The notes: generated by a model from the letters alone, not told the origin. A stretch of DNA of 64,000 nt from a bacterium (GCA_963693015.1 OY843748.1:7449-71448); one strand, 5' to 3'; shown: positions 18,327 through 28,154, counted from the stretch's first letter. Numbers and translations: made by a program.

Positions 18327-20159
18327 TTGAGCAATCGAACCCCCATTGCGCCCTTCGGCTTCCTGATGAAGGACCGGGTTGTGGCGCCGCCAGAGTTCAA
18401 CCGCTGGCGGATCCCTCCGATCTCTATCGCCATGCACTTGTGTATCGGCTCCGTCTATTCCTGGAGTATCTTCAACCCCGCCTTGGTCAAGGAACTAGGG
18501 GTAGTGACCGCCGCATCGGACGACTGGAGCATTCGTTCCGTGGTCTGGGTTTTCTCCATCGCCATTGTGTTTCTTGGACTCACCGCGGCGGTGGCAGGGA
18601 AGTGGCTGGAAAACGTGGGACCGCGCGTCGTAGGCGTTCTGGCAGCCTCTCTCTGGGGTACCGGGTTCATCGTGGGCGGTGCGGGCATTTACGTTCACCA
18701 ATTGTGGCTGCTCTATCTGGGCTACGGAGTGCTCGGAGGCTGCGGGCTGGGCCTGGGTTATGTATCGCCGGTATCGACCTTGTTACGCTGGTTTCCAGAT
18801 CGGCGGGGGATGGCCACCGGGATGGCGATTATGGGCTTCGGAGGTGGGGCGATAATCGGGGCGCCTCTCAAGGAATACCTGATCAAGGCATTCTACGAGG
18901 CCCCCCAATACCTTGGCCCGCCCGGGGGCGTGGCACTGATAACGGATCAGGGGCGCCGCTTCGCCGATATCGGCGGGCGGCTTGTTGAAGTCGTTGTGGC
19001 GGGCGCCGCCGACGTTCCAGCCATGATTGTCCCGGGAATGGACGGCGTATACGTGGTCGGCACGGGCGGCACCGGGGCAGCGCAGACATTCTTCGTTCTG
19101 GGCGTCGTCTACTTCCTGGTAATGCTCGTGGCAGCATTATTGTTGCGAGTCCCCGCAGAAGGATGGCGGCCTGAAGGGTGGAGCCCGGATCAGGAGCCGG
19201 CCAGCCTCTTGGCGAACGCTCGGAAGCGCCCGTCGTCACATCGTCTGTCTGAACGCATCACGGCCCTTCTGGCCAGAATTACCCGTCGGCGTCTGCGGTT
19301 GACCAGAGAGGACGTTCACGTAAGCGAGGCCCACAAGACGCCACAGTTCTACCTGCTATGGTTGATACTCTGTCTCAACATAACCGCTGGCATCGGCGTC
19401 CTCGGAGTGGCCAAGACGATGATGACCGACATATTCGGCTCCAATCTGCCCCACATCGTGACGCCTTCCTTCGCCGCCACCTATGTGTTGATGATCAGCG
19501 TCTTCAATATGTGCGGCCGGTTCTTTTGGGCTTCAATCTCCGACTTCCTGGGGCGCAAGAACACCTACTACTGCTTTTTCGCCCTGGGCGCGCTGCTCTA
19601 CCTGTCAATTCCCATCGCGGCGAACGGAGTCGGCGTCAGCCCTCTGGTGGCCTGGCTGGTCATGTTTTACGCGGTCACAATGATCGCCTTTACCATCTAT
19701 GGCGGCGGGTTCGCCACCATCCCGGCATATCTGGCGGACGTATTCGGCACGCTCCACGTGGGCGCCATCCACGGGAGGTTGCTGACGGCCTGGAGCGTTG
19801 CGGGAGTGGCGGGCCCTTTCGCGATAACCTACCTGCGCGACTTGTCTGTGACGCGGTCGATAAGGGAGCTTGCTGCGAAAGTCGACCCCGCCGACTTCGA
19901 GGCCAAGTTCGGCGGTCCTTTGGGCGCTCTGGAGGAACTCATGGCCACCAGGACGGTCACTGTCGGCAAGCTGATGGAAATAGCGCCGCCGGAAACCGTG
20001 GACCCCACCACCGGCATTTACAACGTGACGATGTTTGTTATGGCAGGACTGTTGGTCTTGGCTTTTGTGGCTAACTACGCTGTCCGCCCCGTGGCGGAAC
20101 GACACCACCTCAAGAATACTCATCCCGACCTGGACGCGGACCGGATGCGGTCAACCTAG
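18327..20159 (+). CDS. OFA (oxalate/formate antiporter) family MFS transporter
   Basis: HLCIGSVYSWS, WFPDRRGMATG..IMGFGGGA, GAIHGRLLTAWS. Confidence 0.88.
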   Translation: MSNRTPIAPFGFLMKDRVVAPPEFNRWRIPPISIAMHLCIGSVYSWSIFNPALVKELGVVTAASDDWSIRSVVWVFSIAIVFLGLTAAVAGKWLENVGPRVVGVLAASLWGTGFIVGGAGIYVHQLWLLYLGYGVLGGCGLGLGYVSPVSTLLRWFPDRRGMATGMAIMGFGGGAIIGAPLKEYLIKAFYEAPQYLGPPGGVALITDQGRRFADIGGRLVEVVVAGAADVPAMIVPGMDGVYVVGTGGTGAAQTFFVLGVVYFLVMLVAALLLRVPAEGWRPEGWSPDQEPASLLANARKRPSSHRLSERITALLARITRRRLRLTREDVHVSEAHKTPQFYLLWLILCLNITAGIGVLGVAKTMMTDIFGSNLPHIVTPSFAATYVLMISVFNMCGRFFWASISDFLGRKNTYYCFFALGALLYLSIPIAANGVGVSPLVAWLVMFYAVTMIAFTIYGGGFATIPAYLADVFGTLHVGAIHGRLLTAWSVAGVAGPFAITYLRDLSVTRSIRELAAKVDPADFEAKFGGPLGALEELMATRTVTVGKLMEIAPPETVDPTTGIYNVTMFVMAGLLVLAFVANYAVRPVAERHHLKNTHPDLDADRMRST

Positions 20160-20170
20160 AGGCCCTGGCA

Positions 20171-20200
20171 TGGTCCCGGAGGGTGGATTGTCCGGGACCA
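20171..20200. terminator. hairpin downstream of the OFA transporter (possible terminator)
   Basis: Perfect 10-bp stem tggtcccgga/tccgggacca; no T-tract. Confidence 0.4.
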
Positions 20201-20423
20201 GGGTGGTCGTGGTCGACCTGATCGATGCGGCGGGCAGCGGTCTGGCGTTCCGATCAGCAGTCGCGCGACGCTGCGATTCGAGAGTGGCGGCGCCGCGTCG
20301 TCTGTAAGGGTAAAGGCGCTTCAACACGCCTTGAGCGTCGTGGAGGCTCCGTTGACCTGAAAACAGGTTGAAACACCGGTTCCGACTTCCTCACCTTAAT
20401 CAGACGCCTTGAAGACAGTGCCA

Positions 20424-23400
20424 ATGAACCGCCAGATTGGCGAGACCCTTTCAATACCATCGCACCCGCTACTGGCCGGTCCAACCCCGGTCACATCTGA
20501 CGACGTTTCCCACCTGGAAAGGAAACATCGCGGACTCGCCGTCTTCGGATGTGCCGATACATTCTCCCTGCCCGAAATCGAGTCCATGCCGGGTACCGCT
20601 GTCCTGAGCGATCCGAAGGAAGGACAGGACGTTCCGGGAGAACCCGACCGCCTCGTCCTCAGGTTTTCTTCCCGGTGCGTCCCCCACCTGAACAGCCTGG
20701 TGAATCTCATCGTGCTCCCGGCGTACAGACGGCACGTTCCCCTGTATCTGTTCACGTCCTGGGACCCTGAGGAACTGGAAACCGGTGCGGTCGGAATGCC
20801 GGTCAAGGACCGGATCGAGGAGGCGATGATCCCCCTCCTGAGGGAACAGCTCCGGTCGCTCCTCACGCACACCTGCGCCCTGTTTCCTTCTCCCGACGCG
20901 CTGGTCTCGTCGGAGAAGCCCTGGTTGACGCCCGTGGAAAGGGCGATGCACGAGGGACTTACCCGGGCCGGGCTGTCCCACAGGCTGCACGTCCAGGTGG
21001 GATCGCGCTTCGTCGACGTCCTCGTTGAGGATCCGCCGGGTAACTCCGTGGCCGTGGAGATCGACGGCAGGGAGTTTGTCCGTGAAGACCAGATCCGGCG
21101 GGACGCGGCGCTCATCGAAGCGCAAAACGTTCGGGAGGTGGTCCGGTTCAGCGGGAGTGAGGTCGTGAACGATCTCGGAGCCTGCGTTGAAAGGGTGCGT
21201 TCGGCCCTGGCCGGCGACGGGCGCGAAACCGCCCGCCGGATGCCCGAACCGAATCCCGGCCTGGCCGAGGAACAGGCCAGGTGTCTTACGCCCCGCGCCG
21301 GCGTGGTGCTTACCCTCGCGCCCGCCGGCTCGGGGAAGACGCGGGTGTTGACGCGGCGGGTCGTGGAAGCCGTCCGTGGCGGCGTCGACCCCGGCCGGAT
21401 CCTCTGCGTGGTCTTCAACAAGGCGGCGAGCGAGGTGATGTCCGAGCGCATCCACGGGGACGCCGGGATTCCGGGCGTGCATATCCGCACGCTGCACAGC
21501 CTGGGGTACGAGATCTGCAGGCAGGCGCCGGACAGTCCATACGTGGACTGCGGGGTCGTCACGGAACAGTCCCTGCCAGGAGGATTGACGGAGCTGTACC
21601 GAGAGGCGCTAAAGAAGGATTTCGAGCGGGATCTCCCGGCCGTCCCCTACCCCTTTCCCGAACATCTCGTCGCTGCCTACGAAGAAGCGGTTTCCCGGTA
21701 CCGGAGGACATTGGTTCCCATCGACGGAGACGGCGCATGCGAGGCGTTCGAAGGCTATGACAGGCGCCAGGCCCGCAGAATCGGTGTCGAAGTGGAACGC
21801 CGCATGGACGAAAAAGCGCTGATGACCTTCGACGAGCAGCTATTCCGCGCCGTGGAAATCCTGCTCGCCAACCCCCGGGCGCGTTCCGAGTACCAGCACC
21901 GCTTCGATTCGGTCCTGGTGGACGAGGTCCAGGATCTCACCCCCGTCCAGTTCCTGATGCTCAGGCTGCTCTCCCTGCCGCTGAACAACCTGTTTGCCGT
22001 GGGCGACGACGACCAGATGATCAATACCTTCACCGGTGCGGACCCCGAGAACATCCGCTCGTTTCAGCGTTGGTATCCGGGCGCGGTGGTCCACACCCTG
22101 GGCGAGAACTACCGGTGCAGGCCGCAGATCGTAAACCGGTCCGCGAGCGTCATTTCCCACAACGTGAACCGTTTCGAAAAGCCAATCCGTCCCGTGCAGG
22201 TTCAGGTCGGCCCGGACAGGGATACGATCCGGATCCACAGATGCCCGTCGCTGGAAGCGGAAACGCAGGTCGCGGTACGCACGATACGCCGGTGGAGAAA
22301 ACTGGGATATGCCTACGCGAACGTGGCCGTGCTGGTCCGGGTCCAGTCCATCGCGGCGCCCCTGCAATCCGCGCTCGGGGAGGCGGGCCTGCCCTTCGAC
22401 CCGATCGACGAAGGGGCGCTGTACCAGTCCCACGCCGGAAGGGCCGCAGGCGCCTGGCTCGACGTCATCGCTCATGGCGAACGGGCCGATCCCCTGTCGC
22501 ATGCCATCAGCCTGTCCTTCCCGTCCCGGGGACTCTCCAATGAACAACTGCGCGAAGCGGCCGCGCTCGGCCACCGTTTCTTCGAACGTACGGACCGTCT
22601 GCCGGGCGACGCGGCCGCCAGCCTGGAAGCATATCGCAGATGCTTAGAAACCCTCCGCGGCGTCTACGGATCGCCGGGCGGTTCTCCTGTCGACTTCCTC
22701 GACGCGTTCATGGAGCATTCGGGTCTTGACGTCTACTACCGGATCAGGGACGAGACGAGCAGGCGGCGGATGGCCGCGTCGAATTTGGAATCCATCGGCA
22801 TGATAAGGCGGATGGCCGCCAGGTATCCGGCTACGGATTCGTTCGTGGATGCGTATCTCAGGTCCCTGGCTGCCGAAGCGGACGCCGGCCTGGAAGAGCC
22901 CCTCCGCCCTGGTACGCCTCAGGCCGCTGCCAACGATGATTCCGACCGTGCAGCGGCGTCTGGCGATGGTCCCGACCATGAGGCAGTGCCCGGCGATAAC
23001 CCCGACCATGAGGCAGCGGCCGGCGATGACGCACATCAGGAAGAAACGGCCGGCGATGATGGGCGGAGCGCCGACCGGATCACCGTTACTACGATTCACC
23101 GGAGCAAGGGAGACGAATTCAAGGGAGTGGTCCTCTTTCACGTGGTCGAGGATATTCTGCCCCATCGCCGCATGTCGGGCCTAGCCGAAGACATCGAAGA
23201 GGAGCGGCGCGTTTTCTACGTCGCCCTGACGCGGGCCGAGGAAAGGCTCTGCATAACGACGCAGCGCAAGCAAGCCTCCCGGTTCCTGGCCGAAATGAAG
23301 CCTCCGTCGGGCGGCAGCCGGCTGAAACGTATCCGGGACAAGTTTCGGGCGAAGGCCGTCCGCGAAGATCGTTGCCGTCTTCATTTCGATCCGCCCGCGG

Positions 23401-23609
23401 CGTCCACCGGCCAGGCAGTGAGACCGTTCGGGGAAAGGACGACATATGATCGCGCCAGGTTCGCCACGGGGCAGCTGTGTACCGGCACCACGCGGATCTT
23501 CGACCCGATGGACAGATCGAATCCGTTGCGGCCGACCATGCCGTGCTCTTCGGAGACTTTCGCCACGGTCATCTCGCTATCGGCTTCCAGGAATCCCGAT
23601 GCCGGGTAG
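20424..23609 (+). CDS. UvrD/Rep-like SF1 helicase with N-terminal DUF559/Vsr-like nuclease domain
   Basis: APAGSGKT, LVDEVQD, VGDDDQ, ENYRC, TIHRSKG, EERRVFYVALTRA; N-terminal FVDVL..VAVEIDG..RD..VVRF. Confidence 0.88.
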   Translation: MNRQIGETLSIPSHPLLAGPTPVTSDDVSHLERKHRGLAVFGCADTFSLPEIESMPGTAVLSDPKEGQDVPGEPDRLVLRFSSRCVPHLNSLVNLIVLPAYRRHVPLYLFTSWDPEELETGAVGMPVKDRIEEAMIPLLREQLRSLLTHTCALFPSPDALVSSEKPWLTPVERAMHEGLTRAGLSHRLHVQVGSRFVDVLVEDPPGNSVAVEIDGREFVREDQIRRDAALIEAQNVREVVRFSGSEVVNDLGACVERVRSALAGDGRETARRMPEPNPGLAEEQARCLTPRAGVVLTLAPAGSGKTRVLTRRVVEAVRGGVDPGRILCVVFNKAASEVMSERIHGDAGIPGVHIRTLHSLGYEICRQAPDSPYVDCGVVTEQSLPGGLTELYREALKKDFERDLPAVPYPFPEHLVAAYEEAVSRYRRTLVPIDGDGACEAFEGYDRRQARRIGVEVERRMDEKALMTFDEQLFRAVEILLANPRARSEYQHRFDSVLVDEVQDLTPVQFLMLRLLSLPLNNLFAVGDDDQMINTFTGADPENIRSFQRWYPGAVVHTLGENYRCRPQIVNRSASVISHNVNRFEKPIRPVQVQVGPDRDTIRIHRCPSLEAETQVAVRTIRRWRKLGYAYANVAVLVRVQSIAAPLQSALGEAGLPFDPIDEGALYQSHAGRAAGAWLDVIAHGERADPLSHAISLSFPSRGLSNEQLREAAALGHRFFERTDRLPGDAAASLEAYRRCLETLRGVYGSPGGSPVDFLDAFMEHSGLDVYYRIRDETSRRRMAASNLESIGMIRRMAARYPATDSFVDAYLRSLAAEADAGLEEPLRPGTPQAAANDDSDRAAASGDGPDHEAVPGDNPDHEAAAGDDAHQEETAGDDGRSADRITVTTIHRSKGDEFKGVVLFHVVEDILPHRRMSGLAEDIEEERRVFYVALTRAEERLCITTQRKQASRFLAEMKPPSGGSRLKRIRDKFRAKAVREDRCRLHFDPPAASTGQAVRPFGERTTYDRARFATGQLCTGTTRIFDPMDRSNPLRPTMPCSSETFATVISLSASRNPDAG
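22921..23060 (+). repeat. in-frame 30-bp tandem repeat (~4.5 copies) in the helicase linker
   Basis: cccgaccatgaggcag..cggcgat units encoding (G/N)PDHEA.(P/A)GD. Confidence 0.8.
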
Positions 23610-24517
23610 GCGAGGCCGAAACCCTGGTTGCCCGTCATGCCGTGTACGCCCGTATCCGAGGTCAGGGTCTTCGAACCGGCGTCCGTCACGAAGTAGCGCT
23701 CGTTGCGGCTGATGACCGTGGTCAGTACGGAGAGGGCGATATCGGTAACCCGGGCAACGCCGACCCGGACCGGCAGCAAGTCCAGGAAGACATAGTTCCC
23801 CGGCCTGATTTCCGTGATGCCGTCGAAACTTTCGGTAGCCAGGACGGCCGGCGTGGCGCCCACGGAGACTTCCGGCACCGGAAGGCCGTGTGCCAGCAGG
23901 GCGTCGCGCACCGCAGTCATGGCGCGGCGTTCGTCTTCCGCGACCCCGGCGGCATCTGACTTTGACGTCGACGCGTACACGTGGCCGGCGTGGGACAGGA
24001 TGCCGCGGAAATCCAGGTCCGCGTGATCATGGATCATCCCGGCCAACTCCCCGATACGCGGATCCTCCGGCGGCAGGCCGCACCGGTGCAGTCCCACGTC
24101 GATCTTCAGGAACATTCCGATGGTCTGCCCATGGGCTGCCGCCCGCTCGCCCGCCACCCGTATGCCCTCTTGCGAGTCGGTCACCACGCGCACTTCGGTG
24201 CCTCTACCCTTCATTGCGGTCAGCAACCGGTCCCATTTCGACGGGGAGACCACCGGCCGGGCGACGGTTATGGACCTGAACCCGCCCCCGAGGAAGACCA
24301 GCGCTTCGTCCACCGTGGCCACGGTAATACCCGACGCCCCGAGTTCGACCTGTCTCCGCCCGATCTCCAGGGACTTGTGGGTCTTGGCGTGGGGGCGCAG
24401 GGCGACGCCGTGTCGATCCGCGAGTTCTTGCATGGCGCGCAGATTGGCCATCAGCCGGGCCTCGTCGAGCAAAACGGCGGGCGTTTCCACTTCGTTGAAA
24501 TCCTTGTCCGTTTTCAT
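23381..24517 (-). CDS. D-threonine aldolase / D-serine dehydratase (DSD1) family PLP enzyme
   Basis: RPHAKTHK, EIRPGNYVF, SEEHG, PVHSC. Confidence 0.9.
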   Translation of the reverse strand: MKTDKDFNEVETPAVLLDEARLMANLRAMQELADRHGVALRPHAKTHKSLEIGRRQVELGASGITVATVDEALVFLGGGFRSITVARPVVSPSKWDRLLTAMKGRGTEVRVVTDSQEGIRVAGERAAAHGQTIGMFLKIDVGLHRCGLPPEDPRIGELAGMIHDHADLDFRGILSHAGHVYASTSKSDAAGVAEDERRAMTAVRDALLAHGLPVPEVSVGATPAVLATESFDGITEIRPGNYVFLDLLPVRVGVARVTDIALSVLTTVISRNERYFVTDAGSKTLTSDTGVHGMTGNQGFGLAYPASGFLEADSEMTVAKVSEEHGMVGRNGFDLSIGSKIRVVPVHSCPVANLARSYVVLSPNGLTAWPVDAAGGSK

Positions 24518-24573
24518 GGTTTGATCCGTGGTTGGAAAGTGCGGAGCGCCTGGGCTGAGTGAACACCCCCGTA

Positions 24574-24775
24574 GCCAGGCGCCGTCAGGTACGAGAAAGT
24601 ACGCCAGGCGGCACGAGAGGTACACGAGGCGCCGCGAGATACGCCAAGCGCGGCCAGGCGTTATGAGACACGTCAGGCGTTATGAGACACGTCAGGCGCC
24701 GCGAGATACGTCAGGCGCCGCGAGATACGCCAGGCGCCGCGAGACACGCCAGGCGCGGCCAGGTACGCGAGGTAC
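24574..24775. repeat. 19-bp minisatellite, five clean copies plus degenerate flanks
   Basis: caggcg(cc/tt)(gc/at)gaga(t/c)acg(t/c) units starting 24655, 24674, 24693, 24712, 24731. Confidence 0.9.
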
Positions 24776-24959
24776 AGGAGCAGTCTGAATGCTTCTTAGA
24801 TTATACGCATCAAGTCAACCCTTCGACGCGGATGACCGGTACGCGCTTCCTGGTCTCCCGCCGCGCGGTTTTCCAACTTGACACGGCGTACGAGGGAACG
24901 ACACATTTTCCCATGTAATTATCGACTATTGGTATACACTGCACCGCGGAGCACATGGC

Positions 24960-25328
24960 ATGGATGGCCAAAAAGCGGCGGATCTGGCACGGCTGTACGT
25001 CGAGCGGTCGAACCGCCACGAACTGGATGACGTCTTTCCCATGTTCGATCCCGACGCCACCTACCGGTCGTCGCAGTTCGGTCTCTTCGAGGGCCTGGAC
25101 CGGATCCGGGAGATGATGACCGGTTTCTTCGCCGCGTTCCCCGACGTGCACTGGGAGGTGGACGCCTACCGCGCGGATTCCGATGACACGGCCTCTTTCG
25201 AGTTCACGATGCGGGCCACAAATGCCGAAACGGGGCAGGCCGTGGCGCGCCGGGGGCTCGAAACGATCACCTTCACGGACGAGGGAAGGATCCGTCACGT
25301 CGAGGTCGAAGTCACGCAGCCGGGCTGA
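24960..25328 (+). CDS. SnoaL/NTF2-like protein
   Basis: 122 aa; FDPDATY, FFAAFPD, EGRIRH pattern. Confidence 0.8.
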   Translation: MDGQKAADLARLYVERSNRHELDDVFPMFDPDATYRSSQFGLFEGLDRIREMMTGFFAAFPDVHWEVDAYRADSDDTASFEFTMRATNAETGQAVARRGLETITFTDEGRIRHVEVEVTQPG

Positions 25329-25430
25329 AAGGCCAGCCGCAGTCACGCAGTCGCCCTAACGGGTCGGCTGCACGCTCACGGTTGGGCTGAAGTGCCGATT
25401 GCAATCACCCCGTCGCACTGAAGGGCGCGC
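25310..25430 (+). repeat. degenerate 31-bp-period tandem copies of the SnoaL gene 3' end
   Basis: agtcacgcagccgggctgaaaggccagccgc / agtcacgcagtcgccctaacgggtcggctgc / acgctcacggttgggctgaagtgccgattgc / aatcaccccgtcgcactgaagggcgcgc. Confidence 0.65.
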
Positions 25431-25442
25431 AGTTTCCCATCC

Positions 25443-26402
25443 ATGCATCCCTTACTCCCCGAAATACTTAGCGCGGAAGAACGTATCCGGTCCCATGTGC
25501 TGCAAACGCCTCTGATGCACTCCATGCCGCTCTCGGCCAGGACGGGGGCGGACGTCCACCTGAAGATGGAAAGCGAGCAGCATACCAATTCCTTCAAGGT
25601 CCGCGGGGCCATGAACAAGGTGCTCTCCCTTACCGGCGAGGAACGGATCCGCGGCGTGGTGACCGCCTCGACGGGAAACCACGCGCAGGGCGTGGCCCGG
25701 GCCTGCATGATCGCCGGCTGTCCGGGTACCGTCTATCTGCCCCGGCAGGTAGATCCATCCAAGGCGGAAGCGATCGGCCAGTATCCCGTCGACCTCGTCT
25801 TCCACGAAGGAAACGCGCTGGAAACGGAACTGCACGCCAGGCAGCAGGCCGCCGTCCTGGACCGGGTGTGGATATCGCCCTACAACGATCCCCGGATCAT
25901 CGGCGGCCAGGGTACCATCGGTATCGAACTGTCGCGCCAGTTGCCGTCCATCGACGACATCTTCGTCACCGTCGGAGGCGGGGGCCTGATCGGCGGGATC
26001 GCCGTCTACCTGAAGGCGCATATGCCCGGCACGCGGATCATCGGCTGTCAGCCCGAACGATCGGCGGCTATGTACCACTGCGTGCGCGCCGGACGAATCG
26101 TCAATACCGAGCACGGCGAAACGCTGTCCGACGGTTCCGCGGGCGACGTGGAACCGGAGTCGATCACCTTCCCGATCTGCCGCGACCTGGTCGACGATTA
26201 CATCCTGGTCTCGGAGGAAGAAATCGGCGCGGCCATCCGGTTCATGGTGGAAGCGCATCACAAGATCGTCGAGGGCGCCGCCGGCGTCTCGGTGGCCGCC
26301 CTGCTGAAGCGAAAAGACGCCTTCCGTGGACGCACCGTGGCCATCGTCATCTGCGGCGCCAACATCGCCGCGTCGACGCTCGCAACCGTGCTGGCTGGCT
26401 GA
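25443..26402 (+). CDS. threonine/serine dehydratase (fold-type II PLP, no regulatory domain)
   Basis: SFKVRGA, STGNHA, GGQGT, VGGGGL, CGAN. Confidence 0.9.
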   Translation: MHPLLPEILSAEERIRSHVLQTPLMHSMPLSARTGADVHLKMESEQHTNSFKVRGAMNKVLSLTGEERIRGVVTASTGNHAQGVARACMIAGCPGTVYLPRQVDPSKAEAIGQYPVDLVFHEGNALETELHARQQAAVLDRVWISPYNDPRIIGGQGTIGIELSRQLPSIDDIFVTVGGGGLIGGIAVYLKAHMPGTRIIGCQPERSAAMYHCVRAGRIVNTEHGETLSDGSAGDVEPESITFPICRDLVDDYILVSEEEIGAAIRFMVEAHHKIVEGAAGVSVAALLKRKDAFRGRTVAIVICGANIAASTLATVLAG

Positions 26403-26443
26403 AGCCAACCCGCAACCGTGCTGGCTGGCTGAATCCAACTCGC
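26381..26443 (+). repeat. 30-bp tandem duplication of the dehydratase 3' end including TGA
   Basis: cgcaaccgtgctggctggctgaa at 26381 and 26411. Confidence 0.92.
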
Positions 26444-26516
26444 GGGCGTACTGGGGTTGACTCTAGCAAAAACGCGCTGGTTATCATGACAGTCTCTCCA
26501 TAAACGGAAAGGTCCC

Positions 26517-27926
26517 ATGTCCCGATCACGTCCGAACATCCTGTTCATCATGTCCGACGACCACGCAGCCCACGCCATAAGCGCTTACGGCAACCGGATA
26601 AACACGACGCCTCATATCGACCGCATCGCGGCCCAGGGCATGCGGTTCGACAACTGCTTCTGCACCAATTCCATCTGCACGCCCAGCCGGGCGGCCATCC
26701 TGACGGGCACGTACAACCATATAAACGGCGTTACCACCCTGGACACCCGCCTGGACGGGCGCCTGCTGAACTATCCGAAAGTACTGCAGGAACACGGTTA
26801 CCAGACGGCGGTGATAGGCAAGTGGCATCTCGGCCACGGCGGTATCCACGACCCCACGGGATTCGACTATTGGGACGTGCTGCCCGGCCAGGGCCTGTAC
26901 CACGATCCCGAGATGATCAGAATGGGAGAACGGACGAAGCGAAGCGGGTATGCCACCGATCTCATCACGGACTATTCCCTGGACTGGCTCCGCGGCCGCG
27001 ACCGGGGTCGTCCCTTCTGCCTCATGGTGCACCACAAGGCGCCACACCGGCCCTGGGAGCCCGACGACAAGCACGCGGACATGTACGAGGACGCAGACAT
27101 CCCGGAGCCGGAGACCTTCAACGACGATTATTCGAACCGGGCCCGGGCCGCCGCGGCCGCCCGGATGCGGGTTGAAAGCGATCTCAACGCTGAGGACCTG
27201 AAGGTGCCCGTGCCGGAAGGCCTGTCTCCCGCGGAAGAGAAAAGCTGGAAGTACCAGCGGTATATCAAGGACTACCTGCGGTGCATCGCCTCGATCGACG
27301 ACAATGTGGGCAGATTGCTGGACTACATCGATGGGGAAGGAATCGCGGAGGACACGATCGTGATCTACACGTCCGACCAGGGATTCTTCCTCGGAGATCA
27401 CGGCTGGTACGACAAGCGCTTCATGTACGAAGAGTCCCTGCGCATGCCCTTCCTGATCCGCTATCCGAGGGAGGTGGCACCGGGCACCGTGAACGGCGAC
27501 ATGATCCTGAACGTGGACTTCCCGGCCACCTTCCTGAACTGCACCGGCGTGGACGTGCCGCCGTCCTTCCAGGGACGTTCGTTCCGGCCCCTGCTTCAGG
27601 GCGAGACCCCGACCGACTGGCAGACGTCCATGTACTACCGGTACTGGATGCACGGCGCACACCACAACGTCTGCGCCCACTACGGCGTCCGGACCCTGCG
27701 GTACAAGCTGATCTACTATTACGGCGACCCGCTCGGCCAGGAAGGCGCGGTCGGCCCTAACATGCAGCCCGAGTGGGAGCTTTTCGACCTGGAGAAGGAC
27801 CCCCAGGAGTTGAACAGCGTGTATTCGGATCCTGCTTATGCGGACGTGGTTGCGGAGTTGAAGGCGGAATTGAAGCGGTTGCAGGAGCGGGTGGGGGATG
27901 AGGCGTATGGTGGCGAGACAGGCTGA
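26517..27926 (+). CDS. formylglycine-dependent sulfatase
   Basis: SDDH, CTPSRA (CxPxR), GKWHLG, SDQG..GDHG. Confidence 0.95.
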   Translation: MSRSRPNILFIMSDDHAAHAISAYGNRINTTPHIDRIAAQGMRFDNCFCTNSICTPSRAAILTGTYNHINGVTTLDTRLDGRLLNYPKVLQEHGYQTAVIGKWHLGHGGIHDPTGFDYWDVLPGQGLYHDPEMIRMGERTKRSGYATDLITDYSLDWLRGRDRGRPFCLMVHHKAPHRPWEPDDKHADMYEDADIPEPETFNDDYSNRARAAAAARMRVESDLNAEDLKVPVPEGLSPAEEKSWKYQRYIKDYLRCIASIDDNVGRLLDYIDGEGIAEDTIVIYTSDQGFFLGDHGWYDKRFMYEESLRMPFLIRYPREVAPGTVNGDMILNVDFPATFLNCTGVDVPPSFQGRSFRPLLQGETPTDWQTSMYYRYWMHGAHHNVCAHYGVRTLRYKLIYYYGDPLGQEGAVGPNMQPEWELFDLEKDPQELNSVYSDPAYADVVAELKAELKRLQERVGDEAYGGETG

Positions 27927-27977
27927 TTTCGTGGAGCATGCACCGTCAATGAATCTCTCGTTAAAGCCGACCACAAC

Positions 27978-28123
27978 CTTGCGACTCCACCCGGTAACTG
28001 TCTAAAATCCCTAGAAGGTCGACTTGAGGGTTTCATTCTATTCGCGTAAACGAACAATGGCGTATCGTCTTCAGGTGGACGAACTCTGGCCCGAAAAAAG
28101 TCGCGATAGTAGATTATCATTGA
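27978..28123 (+). pseudogene. higB: 5'-truncated, frameshifted HigB (RelE/ParE) toxin remnant
   Basis: Manual translation [18 protein letters not shown], then after a 1-nt shift near 28030 [29 protein letters not shown], matching the HigB C-terminus. Confidence 0.82.
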
Positions 28124-28148
28124 CAAACCACCTGTAACGTTATAGGAT
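28120..28148 (+). promoter_or_regulatory. higA promoter with palindromic operator
   Basis: TTGACA-17 bp-TAGGAT; palindrome TAACGTTA at 28135-28142. Confidence 0.65.
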
Positions 28149-28154
28149 ACAACC

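Noticed and set aside
24574-24775. Repeat arrays (also 44056-44125 and 50194-50321) as CRISPR
   Set aside because: Head-to-tail units without unique 25-45 bp spacers, and no cas genes in the window.
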